The notes under the pieces are model-generated. The model was not told where the DNA came from. It ran no database searches and saw nothing but the letters and a program-made list of their open reading frames with translations. A stretch of 64,000 nt of DNA from Sporopachydermia quercuum (Eukaryota): assembly GCA_001599295.1 (NCBI GenBank), contig BCGN01000008.1, positions 124,001-188,000 of the forward strand, given 5' to 3'. Position numbers and translations under genes: made by a program. Positions 1 through 11,168 of the stretch are shown here, piece by piece. Each line of letters opens with the position of its first letter. Position 1 is the first letter of the stretch.

Positions 1-252
1 TGTTGAGATTCCGAGAACTGCACTCTTAGCTTTGGTTAATATACCAACATTCTTGAGCTCCACAGAGGTCTTGTTATCTTCAGCTGGTAATGCAACATCT
101 TTTCCATTTATGATATCAATCCCACTTTGAAACCTTTCTGTTTGTAGGTCTTTAAATGAAGCATAAAACTTGACTGTATCTCTCTCTAATCCATTTAATG
201 ATTTCACCACCGTTTCCATCAACTTCTTAGTACTTTGTCCTTTAAGCGCCAT
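1..252 (-). CDS. 5' part of an unidentified protein-coding gene running off the window start
   Basis: Manual translation from ATG at 252 gives 84 open codons to position 1 (MALKGQSTKKLMETVVKSLNGLERDTVKFYASFKDLQTERFQSGID...LGIST). There is an in-frame TAG just upstream and no recognisable motif. Confidence 0.55.
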   Translation of the reverse strand, partial: MALKGQSTKKLMETVVKSLNGLERDTVKFYASFKDLQTERFQSGIDIINGKDVALPAEDNKTSVELKNVGILTKAKSAVLGIST

Positions 253-975
253 GGTCGAATACTACCAATGCAAACCTAACCTCAGTGTCGATTCAACTAC
301 TTCTAGTTGTTTCCTTGAGTCTTACTTCCTTTCAGCTGAAAAGCCTTCACAAATCTCTTCATATAACGAGTACTCGCGTCGTTATCATTAACAGTATTTT
401 ATCAAATATTCTGGTTCCATTCTTTCGTTTTTTTGCTATTGATACTGTTAATAAATTTGCAAGGTTTACAAAGCAAAGACGGAAGACTTGTCTCAACTCA
501 GGGCTGTGTGTATAATATCGGAAATTATAACAAAATCTTACATCATTTCCGAATCACACAAACTCTAATGGAATCCTAACACTATCACAATAATTGGGGT
601 AAAAATCTACCTTATCTGACTTACTATTATCAATTATTACAACTAGCATAGATGAACAAGAATATTTCCGTTAGAACTGCAATTGATAACCGTATAGTCA
701 TAGTATACTGATGAGAAAACAATCAAGACTATGTTGTATTATTATAGACTACCATAAAGTCATCTTCACTTCTTCTTCCGTTTTCTGGTTGATCTTATTT
801 GCTCTATCAGTGAATGGCCAGAGCTGGGTAGCTACGTCCTCATTGGTGTGGGTAACTATCATATTAATGAACGCTTCAATTAATAATCGGAACACTATTA
901 ACACCAGGTTGTATGGTTATGATTCGCAAATTGCTCAGCCAATTTCAGGAGGTATTGTAGAGAAAAGACAAAAAA

Positions 976-2171
976 ATGAATATCAACGGAAATTATGTTC
1001 AAAGTATGTATTTCACATTGATTATGATCAATATACGAAGACGTCTACTAAATGAGCTCATTCTTGAAAAAAGATACTAACCAACCAAATAGGGCGCGGG
1101 ATAAATACACAAAACATATGCATTGCGTGCTCAAGAACTACATCTTCATCAGCAAATCAAATCATTTCCTGTGATGACTGTGGAAGTCCCTATCATCAGT
1201 TGTGTCATATTCCTCCTATTGATAGAATAGCAGTTGAAATCGCGGACGCAAAATGGTACTGTAAAGACTGTTCATTTGCTAGAGGGGAAATTCCTTTACA
1301 AACAGGAAAGGCAGGTATTGAGTATTCAAGGCAAACGAAAAGAACTTATTTGGCTACGTTATCGAAATCTCAACTAATAGAACTTTTGCTCTACTCTGAA
1401 TCTTTATACCCGAATTTGCCTATATATTCTTCTCGATTAGCTGCAATTGCTTCTAGAATGAAAGAATCAGCACAACATAAAGAACAACTGACGCCCATAG
1501 CACCATCACCTGAAGATGCTACTAGTTTGATAGCTGATGTCGATTTTGAAGATGTAGTGTGTCATGTGTTACAGGAGAAATGTAGTTCCGCATATGCACC
1601 AGAATCAAACTTCGATTGCAATTCACTACAACATTCAGAACTATCTGAGTCTGGTTTAACACTACCTACGATCGTCACTGGTGTTATTGATTGGCTATCC
1701 TCATCAGAAGTATATGAACCAATAGTGCATTTACAACTTCATCGTACATCTGAATTCCTTTATGCACTGACATCAGCATTACAAGCAACTATCAAATCTA
1801 ACAAGATAATAAAACAGGGAAATGCATATTTTTTGCATCCCAATTATAAATCTAATCTCAACTATAATTCTATAAATATTCTCAGTGAGAACGATGCAGC
1901 TATGTTTGATAGCACATTGTCTAAGGTAACAGGAGTATTTGAACCAATACAATTGAACTCAACATCTTTCAACATTCCTGAACAAAGAACAAACGTTATG
2001 AGTCATTCCCCTTATTCAAGAGAAGAAATTGAGAAAAATAATCGGATAGTAGCTTTGCAAACTATGCAAATGGTTCCTTTAATGGATGAATCATCACATT
2101 CAGTGCAGGCGACTGCACAGCATATACCTTCAGATGATATTAATCAGAATTTCTTGATGTTAACCGGATGA
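976..2171 (+). CDS. PHD-finger chromatin protein, S. pombe Phf1/Phf2-like; exons 976-1003 and 1093-2171
   Basis: The spliced product MNINGNYVQR|RGINTQNICIACSRTTSSSANQIISCDDCGSPYHQLCHIPPID...WYCKDC contains a complete C4HC3 PHD finger, followed by KRTYLATLSKSQLIELL...PNLPIY. The intron phases join exactly. Confidence 0.85.
1004..1092 (+). other. Spliceosomal intron (89 nt) of the PHD gene
   Basis: GTATGT donor at 1004, TACTAAC at 1075-1081 and TAG at 1090-1092. Removal restores the reading frame. Confidence 0.9.
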
Positions 2172-2316
2172 AAATAAGAAAAACAAATGTGAAAGAGAAG
2201 ACTAAAACGTTTATCTGTAAATATACTACTAGATTCAGAAATGCATTGAGAGTTTANGATATGATGTATAGAGTACTCCACTGACTACTTAACTGACCTC
2301 CTCACTAAACCAGCAT

Positions 2317-5300
2317 TCAAGTGCTCTCCGTCAATGAAGAAACAAACCTAGGGAATAGTTCATTGACTAGCTCAAGTATACTTCTAGAATATCTTGCAAC
2401 AACATCATTTTCACCAGTGGACACTTTGTTCAATCGCAATCCTATCTCATACACTTTTTTCAGATGCCGATTAACCTCGTTCTGAGAAAGCTCAATGGCA
2501 TCTAAATCTCCTAAAATTACATGCTCTGACGATGGATTCATAGTTGCGCTCGTACCTTTTGTTTTGCCATGGATTGGTCTGCTGTCATTATTAATGAGAA
2601 AACTAATATTGGGTGTTCCTTTACCCTGTACGCTTTTTCCAATAGCACTATCACTGCCTCCAGTACTTCTTGAACCTGATGACTGAGATTTCACTACACC
2701 TGGTGCTGGTTCACTAACAATCTCTCTAGGTTCTACTGTATTTTCCTCGTTATCTGTAGCACTTCTGCCAGGTTCACCGTTTCTAACAATCCATAGAATT
2801 CTACATAGAATCAAAGCTGCATAACAGATACAGAAATGCAACTGATCCGACAAAAATGCAAAGTATGAATCATCGGGTACTTTCAATGACGCATCTAGTA
2901 CTTTCTTAGCGTGATATATCATTGATCTTATTGATCCGGAATCAGTATTTCTCAATATCTCATCAATCAACTGTGGTGAAGATATAATCTGTTTTAAAGA
3001 AACAAATTTTCCTGAACCATATTTTCCCTCGTATAAGTTTTTGGTATCAGAACTTGATGTTGATCCTGATACTGACGATTCTGCATCATTTGTCTCATTT
3101 CTTTGTTTTGATTTATCACTATTTTCATGCTTGTATCGTTTTAAAATCCCGGGATTCCGTTCTTGTAGTTTGCGGAAGCTCCAGTTATATAATATGGCCA
3201 AATTACCAAAATGATAACCAAACTCAACAAACTGGGTCGTTGGCTGTTCAAATAAATAGCTCCATTCATCTAACCAGAGCTTCAATTCGTCACGAACAAC
3301 CTGTAGTGATTGATTGGTTTGTATGAAGTTGTATATAATAAGTTGAAGCGCTATTTCACTTACCATCCGACCATCAAAATTGGTTGCTGATGGTAACTCT
3401 AACGAGCTTCTGGTTTGATCTAATCTAATTTCATCTAGGATACACATTCTTCCAGAGAGTACACAGTTGATCAAATGAACTAGACATAAGTGATTCCAAA
3501 TTCTATGAGCAGTCAATTCGTTGAACTCTGGATCTGCACCCAAAGATTCTTGTGTTAGTACTAATCCCAAGGCATCCTTCGTTATGAAATGCTGTAAAGC
3601 AAGACCGGATAAGAACCAAGCATCAACAACAAAGCCACCATCAGATAATGATAAGCCATAGATAGATAGAATAACAATTGCCTGTATAAATTCAATACTT
3701 TGAGGAACAACCAGCATTGAATGGGAAAGATCGGATTGTAGCTTATGTAGTAATAAAGGATAGATTTTGTACTTCAAATCCGGTTGAGAATATCTCAGTG
3801 CTAATGCACAGCAAACCGTCAATAATAAAGAGCATCTACAAGAAATACGATCAACGAGAACTTCGGTCGATACGTTATCAGGAAATGATACCCATCTTCC
3901 ATATCTATCACGGAAATTTTGAACCAATGACACTGCTTGTTCTTTAGACATTATGCCTAACGTAATGATATCCTGATCAGATAAATCCCACGACGGTGAT
4001 AATAACAACGAAATAGGAGAAGGCAGATATTTATCTTTAACTAGTTGGCCCATAGTAGCAAACGAGGAAACAATAAAAGAACCTGCAGGTCTATCAAAAT
4101 CATCTTCAACATATGAGCTTATATCTGAGCTTGAAACAGACGAATCGTATTTCTCACCACCAGAAGATGAGAACATATTGGAAAAATTTGTGTTGTTACT
4201 CGGATTCAGGCTTGAGCTTATATATGCTTTTTCGTTGGCTCGGGGACCGTTTCTAGAACTATTAATTTTATTATTAGTACCATTATTAATTGTAGATGAG
4301 GTTCCCAAGGGTTTACTGTTAACTAATGCGTTATCAGCATCGTTCTCATCGCCGGTAGCGTTTGATACATGAGCCAAACTGTGCCTCAGGGCTTCAATCG
4401 CACCGACACTTCCTGTAATCGCACTCTCTTTACTATTTTTCAGTAGTCTCAAGATTTCAGAAACGTCATCTTGGATTTGCCTTATTCTATCTCCATAGCT
4501 ACTGTCAATAATGTTTATGTCTCCCAGTGTTTTCAATGAATCTCCTTTAGTAATATCTCCTTCGAAATCAGCACTGACGCTTCTTTCATTCGCACCTTCT
4601 GTTTCAGCATCAGTATCATGTTTCATATCGTTAGGAAATACAGCTTGAGGTGTCGATACACTAGACAACGGGTCAGTAACAAAGCTACAGTCTAGTTCAA
4701 GCGTCTGACATCGAAAGCACGCTTCACCACTAGAAGCTGGAAAGCATCTAGTTTTCTGTTTTCTGCAAGCAACACATGCTCTTAAAGCACGTATAGTTTT
4801 CTTCTGATTGGTCCTTGATGAAGGATTCTTGCCTCTTCGACGTTTATGAGATCTTTCCGTATCAATCGGTACTCCTGGAGGTTTTTGGTTTGATTGTAGT
4901 TGCGGTTGTAGTTGTTGAGAATTCAGAGGATGTAAAGGTGGTTGTTGGTATTGCTGTTGTGGATTGCTAGGTAAACTGACGGAATGAGTCAACAAGGGAG
5001 CTGGCGATGTATGTGATAATGGTTGAGGTGATGATGCTACGTGTTGTAATGGCTGCAACCCAGGAAATGATGAGGAATTGATTGGATGAAAAGAACGAGG
5101 AACAGGTGTTGAGACACTTGGATATAAACCAGAAGGATTTGGATTATTCGATTTCGAAGCTGTTGGATTATGGTTGAGCATGTTGTTATTATCAATTGGT
5201 AGATGATACATAGGATTTATAGATCTCGTGTTGGCAATATGGTAAGGATGCTGCTGTGGTCGCTGGGGATGTTGTATGTGCTCATTTTGCTGATGATGTT

Positions 5301-5451
5301 GTTGATGGTGTTGGTGTTGGTGTTGTTGCTGCTGTTGTTGGTGGTCAAAAGACGGGTCATTTTGAACCATAGCAACGATTTCTTGGCTGCCACTATTTGA
5401 AGCAGATATTGCACTATTACTCAACGGTGACACGTTATTCTGGTTACTCAT
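2317..5451 (-). CDS. Zn(II)2Cys6 transcription factor, Urc2/PriB-like
   Basis: RALRACVACRKQKTRC...CFRCQTLELDC binuclear cluster, a Q/H/P-rich N-terminus and a fungal TF middle region (NFDGRMVSEIALQ). The first ATG is at 5451; the ORF track begins at a TTG. Confidence 0.88.
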   Translation of the reverse strand: MSNQNNVSPLSNSAISASNSGSQEIVAMVQNDPSFDHQQQQQQHQHQHHQQHHQQNEHIQHPQRPQQHPYHIANTRSINPMYHLPIDNNNMLNHNPTASKSNNPNPSGLYPSVSTPVPRSFHPINSSSFPGLQPLQHVASSPQPLSHTSPAPLLTHSVSLPSNPQQQYQQPPLHPLNSQQLQPQLQSNQKPPGVPIDTERSHKRRRGKNPSSRTNQKKTIRALRACVACRKQKTRCFPASSGEACFRCQTLELDCSFVTDPLSSVSTPQAVFPNDMKHDTDAETEGANERSVSADFEGDITKGDSLKTLGDINIIDSSYGDRIRQIQDDVSEILRLLKNSKESAITGSVGAIEALRHSLAHVSNATGDENDADNALVNSKPLGTSSTINNGTNNKINSSRNGPRANEKAYISSSLNPSNNTNFSNMFSSSGGEKYDSSVSSSDISSYVEDDFDRPAGSFIVSSFATMGQLVKDKYLPSPISLLLSPSWDLSDQDIITLGIMSKEQAVSLVQNFRDRYGRWVSFPDNVSTEVLVDRISCRCSLLLTVCCALALRYSQPDLKYKIYPLLLHKLQSDLSHSMLVVPQSIEFIQAIVILSIYGLSLSDGGFVVDAWFLSGLALQHFITKDALGLVLTQESLGADPEFNELTAHRIWNHLCLVHLINCVLSGRMCILDEIRLDQTRSSLELPSATNFDGRMVSEIALQLIIYNFIQTNQSLQVVRDELKLWLDEWSYLFEQPTTQFVEFGYHFGNLAILYNWSFRKLQERNPGILKRYKHENSDKSKQRNETNDAESSVSGSTSSSDTKNLYEGKYGSGKFVSLKQIISSPQLIDEILRNTDSGSIRSMIYHAKKVLDASLKVPDDSYFAFLSDQLHFCICYAALILCRILWIVRNGEPGRSATDNEENTVEPREIVSEPAPGVVKSQSSGSRSTGGSDSAIGKSVQGKGTPNISFLINNDSRPIHGKTKGTSATMNPSSEHVILGDLDAIELSQNEVNRHLKKVYEIGLRLNKVSTGENDVVARYSRSILELVNELFPRFVSSLTEST
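5290..5345 (-). repeat. Coding trinucleotide tract encoding poly-Gln/His
   Basis: tgttgg/tgttgc/tgatgt triplet runs encode HQQQQQQHQHQHHQQHHQQ. Confidence 0.7.
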
Positions 5452-7873
5452 TCTTAGAGAAAGTATATGATATTGGAACAAGTGGCAAGTGTTATAAGTT
5501 AAACGTTGATGACAATTGGTGATTTTTTGATTCTGCTTCCTATATATCTATATTTTTCGTTCAGTCAAGGGTTTTCCTTTTATTATCCTTATTATTATTA
5601 TTTTATCGTTGACTAGTTGTATCTGGTCCGTGAGCGATTTGAATATTTGTTTGTATTCCATAATTCACTCGTTCTAGGTGCAATAGATTAGTAAAACTGA
5701 ACAATCAATAAACGAGGCAACACTGAATCGATACTGAATGCTTTTTTGATATAATTATATCTTGCTTGTATGGTTCAATTGGTTGTAAATAATGTACTTT
5801 TTACTATCTATCCGATCCTAAGTTCTTCATTCAATATACATTCTATCTTCATAGACTATCAATACAAATTATCAATCGAGCCACAATACAAAACAGATCC
5901 AGCAATATTTATCTGGAAATTCTCGTTTGCAAATATACTAAAATCCAAGAATAACAGTTAGAACTCATTCTCCATAATGTTTATATTATTTCCCTTCTTT
6001 CCAAGGAACATTATATCAAATATCCCTCGTCTTCTATCTTTCCTTCACCTTCATTTGCCTTTCACTTGGACAACTGGACACATACATACAATACAATAAC
6101 CAAGTACTTATTTCTTCATCAAAAACTGAATACCTCCTATTTTTCCAAACTATCGGGATTTCCATTACCAAGCAGTGTAAGCATGAACACTACCATGGTA
6201 TCATTTCATGCTGAAAGTAAGGCCAATAGCTCCATAACATAGATCAGAATACAATATTACTGAATGTACTCAATCCAATCGATTAGTCTGTTGGTATCTA
6301 ATCAGATGAAAATGGCAATTAAGTTGCAAATGTTGAAGTTTTCTATACGCAATCAGGCAATCTTTCTCATTATGCTACCGCGGCNCATACTTTATTGTCA
6401 ATAACAGGAGTATAAAGTTAAACACTAGATATGATTAGTGCATGAGTAATTGAAACTTAAGATGAAAGTGCGTTGGANAGTTTGTATTATTACGAGAAAT
6501 ATAGGATAATAGAGATGAGATCAAAAAGCCATTTGGTCTATTTGCATTTGGAAAAGAAAAAGGTTAGGAAGTCAAAGACCTGTGTAATGAATAAAGGTAT
6601 AGCAGGAAGATTGCTGCGAGACTGAATGACTTGGGTAGTCCATGTTCTGATGCATAAAAATGCATGAAAATGCGTCAAAGCTATACGGAGAGGGAAAGAT
6701 AACTGATAGTGAGGCTGATTGATAATNGAATCAATAGTTAATCAACAGTTTTCAAGCCTTTGCAGATAACCAGAGAAAAGAAGATACTTGTTGAGGAGAA
6801 CTTGCTTCATTTTCATTTTTATAAGAAGTAAAATGTAGATCTAAGGTGGATCTTAGTCCAGAAGGAATTATCATATAATGGAATAGATGTTAGAGAGGGA
6901 ATTAAGGACCTCAGGTTAAACTTAATCTACGCTTGAAAGATAGCGAGCAGTATGTCGTCAAACAAATAAACAGAAAAAAAAGAAAAAAAATGGCAATAAT
7001 GTTGCTTTTCTTTCATTATGGTTAGAATAATGAACTAGCAAGGTCAATACTATCATGGAATGTTTTGTTTAGATTAAGTAATTATAAGGAAGGAGGTAGG
7101 TGGTTTAAACTTCTTGGGCCAGATAATAAGATAATCTCTATTACCTATATTATTTCGGTACAGCAAAGAGTTCATGGATGATATAGGCAGATGCATTGTC
7201 GACGTAAGTACTATGCAACTACTTGAACTATAAATTATAGATCTCCAAACTTTAAAGCTAATTGATGAATGATTCAACCATCACAATGAATTGATTGGCA
7301 AAACCTAATACTTGAATGAAAAGTTGTAAAGACAGCTCCTAGTTCTTAGTTCCTAGTTCTTATCTTGTTTCATTTTAGCTACTGGTCTAAGAACTGAACA
7401 TAAATCATTCGCTGCTCCACTGATTTCCCATGCATATCTCTCACTTATCTAACTTTATTTTCCAGTTATCAATTAGACGATCTATATGATTAGATAAATT
7501 ACCATGAGCACCTAACAAAATTAAACCAATCTCTCTCAAACTATCAAAGGTCTCCTTAGCATTTAATTGATCAATAGGACTCTATTGTTGAAATATTTCT
7601 CTATAATATCGGGACCTAGCAAATATCCCTGCAACGCGTAATCATGCATCATACGCATCACATGCATCTTTCCTGCACAGTTCACATGTATTCATACCCT
7701 GCCTTCCAACAATGCCACAGTTTTATCAACAATCAGATCAGTTGTCAATTGGACTATCAATAACTGTTCTCCTGATTTATTAGTTATCCATAGCTAATCA
7801 CAGCTTATTATTTGATATCAAATGTATATTAGTTCATAGATGGTGGTTCTGCAATCTAAATAAATATTCAAGT

Positions 7874-10800
7874 ATGTCGGAAGAGGAGACGACACGTCTC
7901 AAAAAGGAGTTGACTGAGCTCAGAAGAGCCAATATTGAAGGTGAAGCAATTCTGATTAGAGAGAAGAACAGAGAGATAGAAACATTGAAGAAAAAGCTTG
8001 CGGCCTTTGAAGAGAAAGTAAGGGCAAATGAGGTATCGGAGAGTAAACCGAAAGAGGTAGTAGAAGAAAAGAAAGAAACTACGGATCAAAGCAATGAGCA
8101 GAAACAGCAAGTTCAACAAGCACAACGGGAGCTTGCAAAGCTCAAAAGAAATTATGACAACGCTCAAGAAAGACTGAAAGAAAAAGATAAATTAATAAGA
8201 AGAGTCTCAGAAGCCCTAGATAATGTTCAAAAATCGTCTGAGGAAAAGCAGAAAAACCTGGATAAAATATCTAATAACTTGAAGAAGAAAAATGATATGC
8301 TTAATGTTCAGATAAAGGCTAATGAAGCATTACGTGAAAAAGTAGATTCTCAACTCAACGAATTTTCAAAGAAAACTAAAGAATTAGAGGAATCTAATAA
8401 AGTTTTGAAGAAGGAGAATGACGGACAGAAAGAGCAGCTAACATTAAAGGATGCTGATCTGTTGAAACAAAAAGAACAAGTTCAACAACTGAATAGTACT
8501 ATTGAAAAGCTCACAGGAGAAGTTGAAGAATTGAAGACGGCATCTGAAGCACACACCGATGAAAGGAAAGAAGCCCTTGCTAATATGAATAATGTTGTTG
8601 GTGAAATTTTGGGAAATGAAATGGAAATGAAAGAAGCTGTTTCTGCCATCACAACCAAAGTACAACAACTGCAAAGTCAGAAAGAGGATTTTATTGGTAA
8701 GGAAGCTGTGAAGGATAAGGAAATCGAAACTTTAAACAGTCAAATAGATAATCTCAAAGCTCAATTAAATCTGGCCAATGAAAACAATGACTCCTCTATT
8801 AATAATGGTGAACCTGCTGATGAACCATCAATAAATACTAGTAATGATACAGATAGTAACACATCTCAGAAGAACAAAAGGAACAAACAAAATGTTAATG
8901 ACAACGACACTACTACATCTGATCAGGGATCACCAAAAACTTCATCTATTATTTCAGCAGATATTTCAAGACTTGAATCTACTATCGCCTCTCAACTACA
9001 GAAAATTGATAGTCTTAGTTCAATAATATCGTCACATGAAGAAACTAACAAAGGTCTGTCAAATGAAATCAACGCACTGAAATTACATAATGATTCCTTG
9101 GAGAAAACGGTGGATGAGAAATCAGAACTGATAACATTGAAAACAGAAGAACTAGAAAATCTTAAAGATATGCTAAGAGATATTGGACAAGAATTGGTCG
9201 AAGCGAAAAATAAAATCAAAGAGTTTGAAAATAGTAAATCTGAAGAATCGGATAAAGAAATTTCAGAGCTTCGTGAGTTGAAAGAAAAGTATGAAGGACT
9301 AAAGCTGAAGGAAGCGGAGCTATCGAAGAATTACGAGTCATTACAACATGAGCAGGAAGCATTAGTGAATGGTGCTAATGATAAAGACAGCACTACAAAA
9401 GAACTGACAGAGAGGCTTGAAAAAGCACTTGGGAAGGAAGCCGATCTTGAAAAACAGATGAAAGAGTTGCAAGAAAAAGTGAGTTCATTGATCAGTAAAA
9501 GAACTGAACTGGAAAATGACTTAACATCGATTACTGCTGTGGCGAAAGATCGGTTTACAACTGTCTCCAGTTACAAGGATGAACTGGATAAGATTAAAAA
9601 GACGTTAGCTTCTACTGAAAGCGAATCTAAAACACTGAAGTACGAAAACGAAGAGTTGAATTCCAAGATCAAAGTTTTAGAGTCTCAAAGGTCGTCCGAT
9701 ACTGGTGTGAAGCTTGAGAAGGCTCGTTTAGAGAAGGAAAATGAATCAAAGAACAAACAGTTGGATGAATTACAAAATTCTTTTGATTCGGTGAAACTGG
9801 AGAAGGAAACTTTGGAAAATAGATCGAAAGAAGTCGAAGACCTTGCAAAAAAAGCAGAGAAGAGAGTTGAAGATGCTGTAAATACAAATGAAAAGCTCCA
9901 AGCTGACTTGGCCAATCTAGAACGAAGTTTGAATAGAAGTGAGAAGCAAGTTGCTATTTTAAACGAAGAGAAGAGTGAATTACATAAAGAACTAAGCCAA
10001 GTGAACAGTAAGCTTTTTGTCTTGGAGAAACAGAAGCAAAAAATAACTGACCAATGTGAGATGTTGAAGAAACAAGGTGAAGAGTTAACATCACAAGCAG
10101 CAGAAAATAATAATAGATGCGACTCCTTGGAAGAAGAATTGAATGACTGTAGAAACCTATTACAGGAGAGAACTCGTGAATCTTCCAGTATGAGATTGCT
10201 GCTAGCAGAAGGTGAAAGAGCACAAGAAAGCAGAATCAAAGAGTTGTATCAACAATTAGATTTAGCAAAGGAAGAGAAAGAGCAAGTTGAGTCTGAGTCC
10301 GCAGTTTTGGCTAAAAGAAAACAACAGGAGCTTGACGCTATTAGGAAACGTTTAACAGATATGGAAACTAGCGTCAAGTTGTTAGAAGAAGAGAATAAGT
10401 CTTTCAAAAGAAATCATGAGCTGCTGAAAAAGCAAAAAGCCGAAGTGGATTACCAGCTAACCATGGTACAGACGGATCGTCATAATATGAATGAAGTAAT
10501 TGATAGCTTGAGAAATACAGTTAATACAACTGAATCCAATCTCAGGGAACATGAGCGTGTTTCTAATATATTAAAAGAAGAGAACAATAACTTGGAATTG
10601 AAATTGAATAAAATCACCAAGACTTATAAGATAGCAAGTGAGGAGCTTCGTAGTATGAGAAGAAACTTAGATGAATTGAACAAGCAATTACGACAGAAGT
10701 CCTTAGCTGTTGGTGAGAATGGCAATAGTAGTATTTCAGCTGTTGGTAAGCAAGTTGGAGGCAAATTTGGTGTACCAGGTAACCCAAAACTAGATGAAAC

Positions 10801-10945
10801 AAGTGTGGTGTATATAAAAAATGTTTTACTTGGGTTTTTGGAGCATCGAGAACAACAGCAACAATTGATGCCTGTATTGGCCATGCTTCTTCAGTTTAAT
10901 GATGATGACAAACATAGATTACTGACAGCTGTTGGAACCAAGTGA
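7874..10945 (+). CDS. IMH1: GRIP-domain golgin (Imh1)
   Basis: About 950 aa of E/K-rich coiled coil with a C-terminal GRIP domain (YIKNVLLGFLEHREQQQQLMPVLAMLLQF). Confidence 0.9.
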   Translation: MSEEETTRLKKELTELRRANIEGEAILIREKNREIETLKKKLAAFEEKVRANEVSESKPKEVVEEKKETTDQSNEQKQQVQQAQRELAKLKRNYDNAQERLKEKDKLIRRVSEALDNVQKSSEEKQKNLDKISNNLKKKNDMLNVQIKANEALREKVDSQLNEFSKKTKELEESNKVLKKENDGQKEQLTLKDADLLKQKEQVQQLNSTIEKLTGEVEELKTASEAHTDERKEALANMNNVVGEILGNEMEMKEAVSAITTKVQQLQSQKEDFIGKEAVKDKEIETLNSQIDNLKAQLNLANENNDSSINNGEPADEPSINTSNDTDSNTSQKNKRNKQNVNDNDTTTSDQGSPKTSSIISADISRLESTIASQLQKIDSLSSIISSHEETNKGLSNEINALKLHNDSLEKTVDEKSELITLKTEELENLKDMLRDIGQELVEAKNKIKEFENSKSEESDKEISELRELKEKYEGLKLKEAELSKNYESLQHEQEALVNGANDKDSTTKELTERLEKALGKEADLEKQMKELQEKVSSLISKRTELENDLTSITAVAKDRFTTVSSYKDELDKIKKTLASTESESKTLKYENEELNSKIKVLESQRSSDTGVKLEKARLEKENESKNKQLDELQNSFDSVKLEKETLENRSKEVEDLAKKAEKRVEDAVNTNEKLQADLANLERSLNRSEKQVAILNEEKSELHKELSQVNSKLFVLEKQKQKITDQCEMLKKQGEELTSQAAENNNRCDSLEEELNDCRNLLQERTRESSSMRLLLAEGERAQESRIKELYQQLDLAKEEKEQVESESAVLAKRKQQELDAIRKRLTDMETSVKLLEEENKSFKRNHELLKKQKAEVDYQLTMVQTDRHNMNEVIDSLRNTVNTTESNLREHERVSNILKEENNNLELKLNKITKTYKIASEELRSMRRNLDELNKQLRQKSLAVGENGNSSISAVGKQVGGKFGVPGNPKLDETSVVYIKNVLLGFLEHREQQQQLMPVLAMLLQFNDDDKHRLLTAVGTK

Positions 10946-11168
10946 TGTGTAAGATTGGTCAATGCGACAACTGTGAATTATACTGTCTATCTTTTGTGTG
11001 CATGTTCATGCATGGATGATAGTATTGGAAGATTCTATGACTACTGATATTATAAGTAATTTCATTTTGGTAATTACTGCTGCACTCATAAGTTTCAAGT
11101 AGTGCCCTGAAGTTTCTGAATAGCTTAATTATTGGCTTTTGAAATCATTAGCTTGATGAGTGTAACAT

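Noticed and set aside
711..1055. 114-aa ORF upstream of the PHD gene
   Set aside because: It overlaps the PHD exon 1 in another frame and runs into the intron. Its phase is incompatible with the splice and it has no motif.
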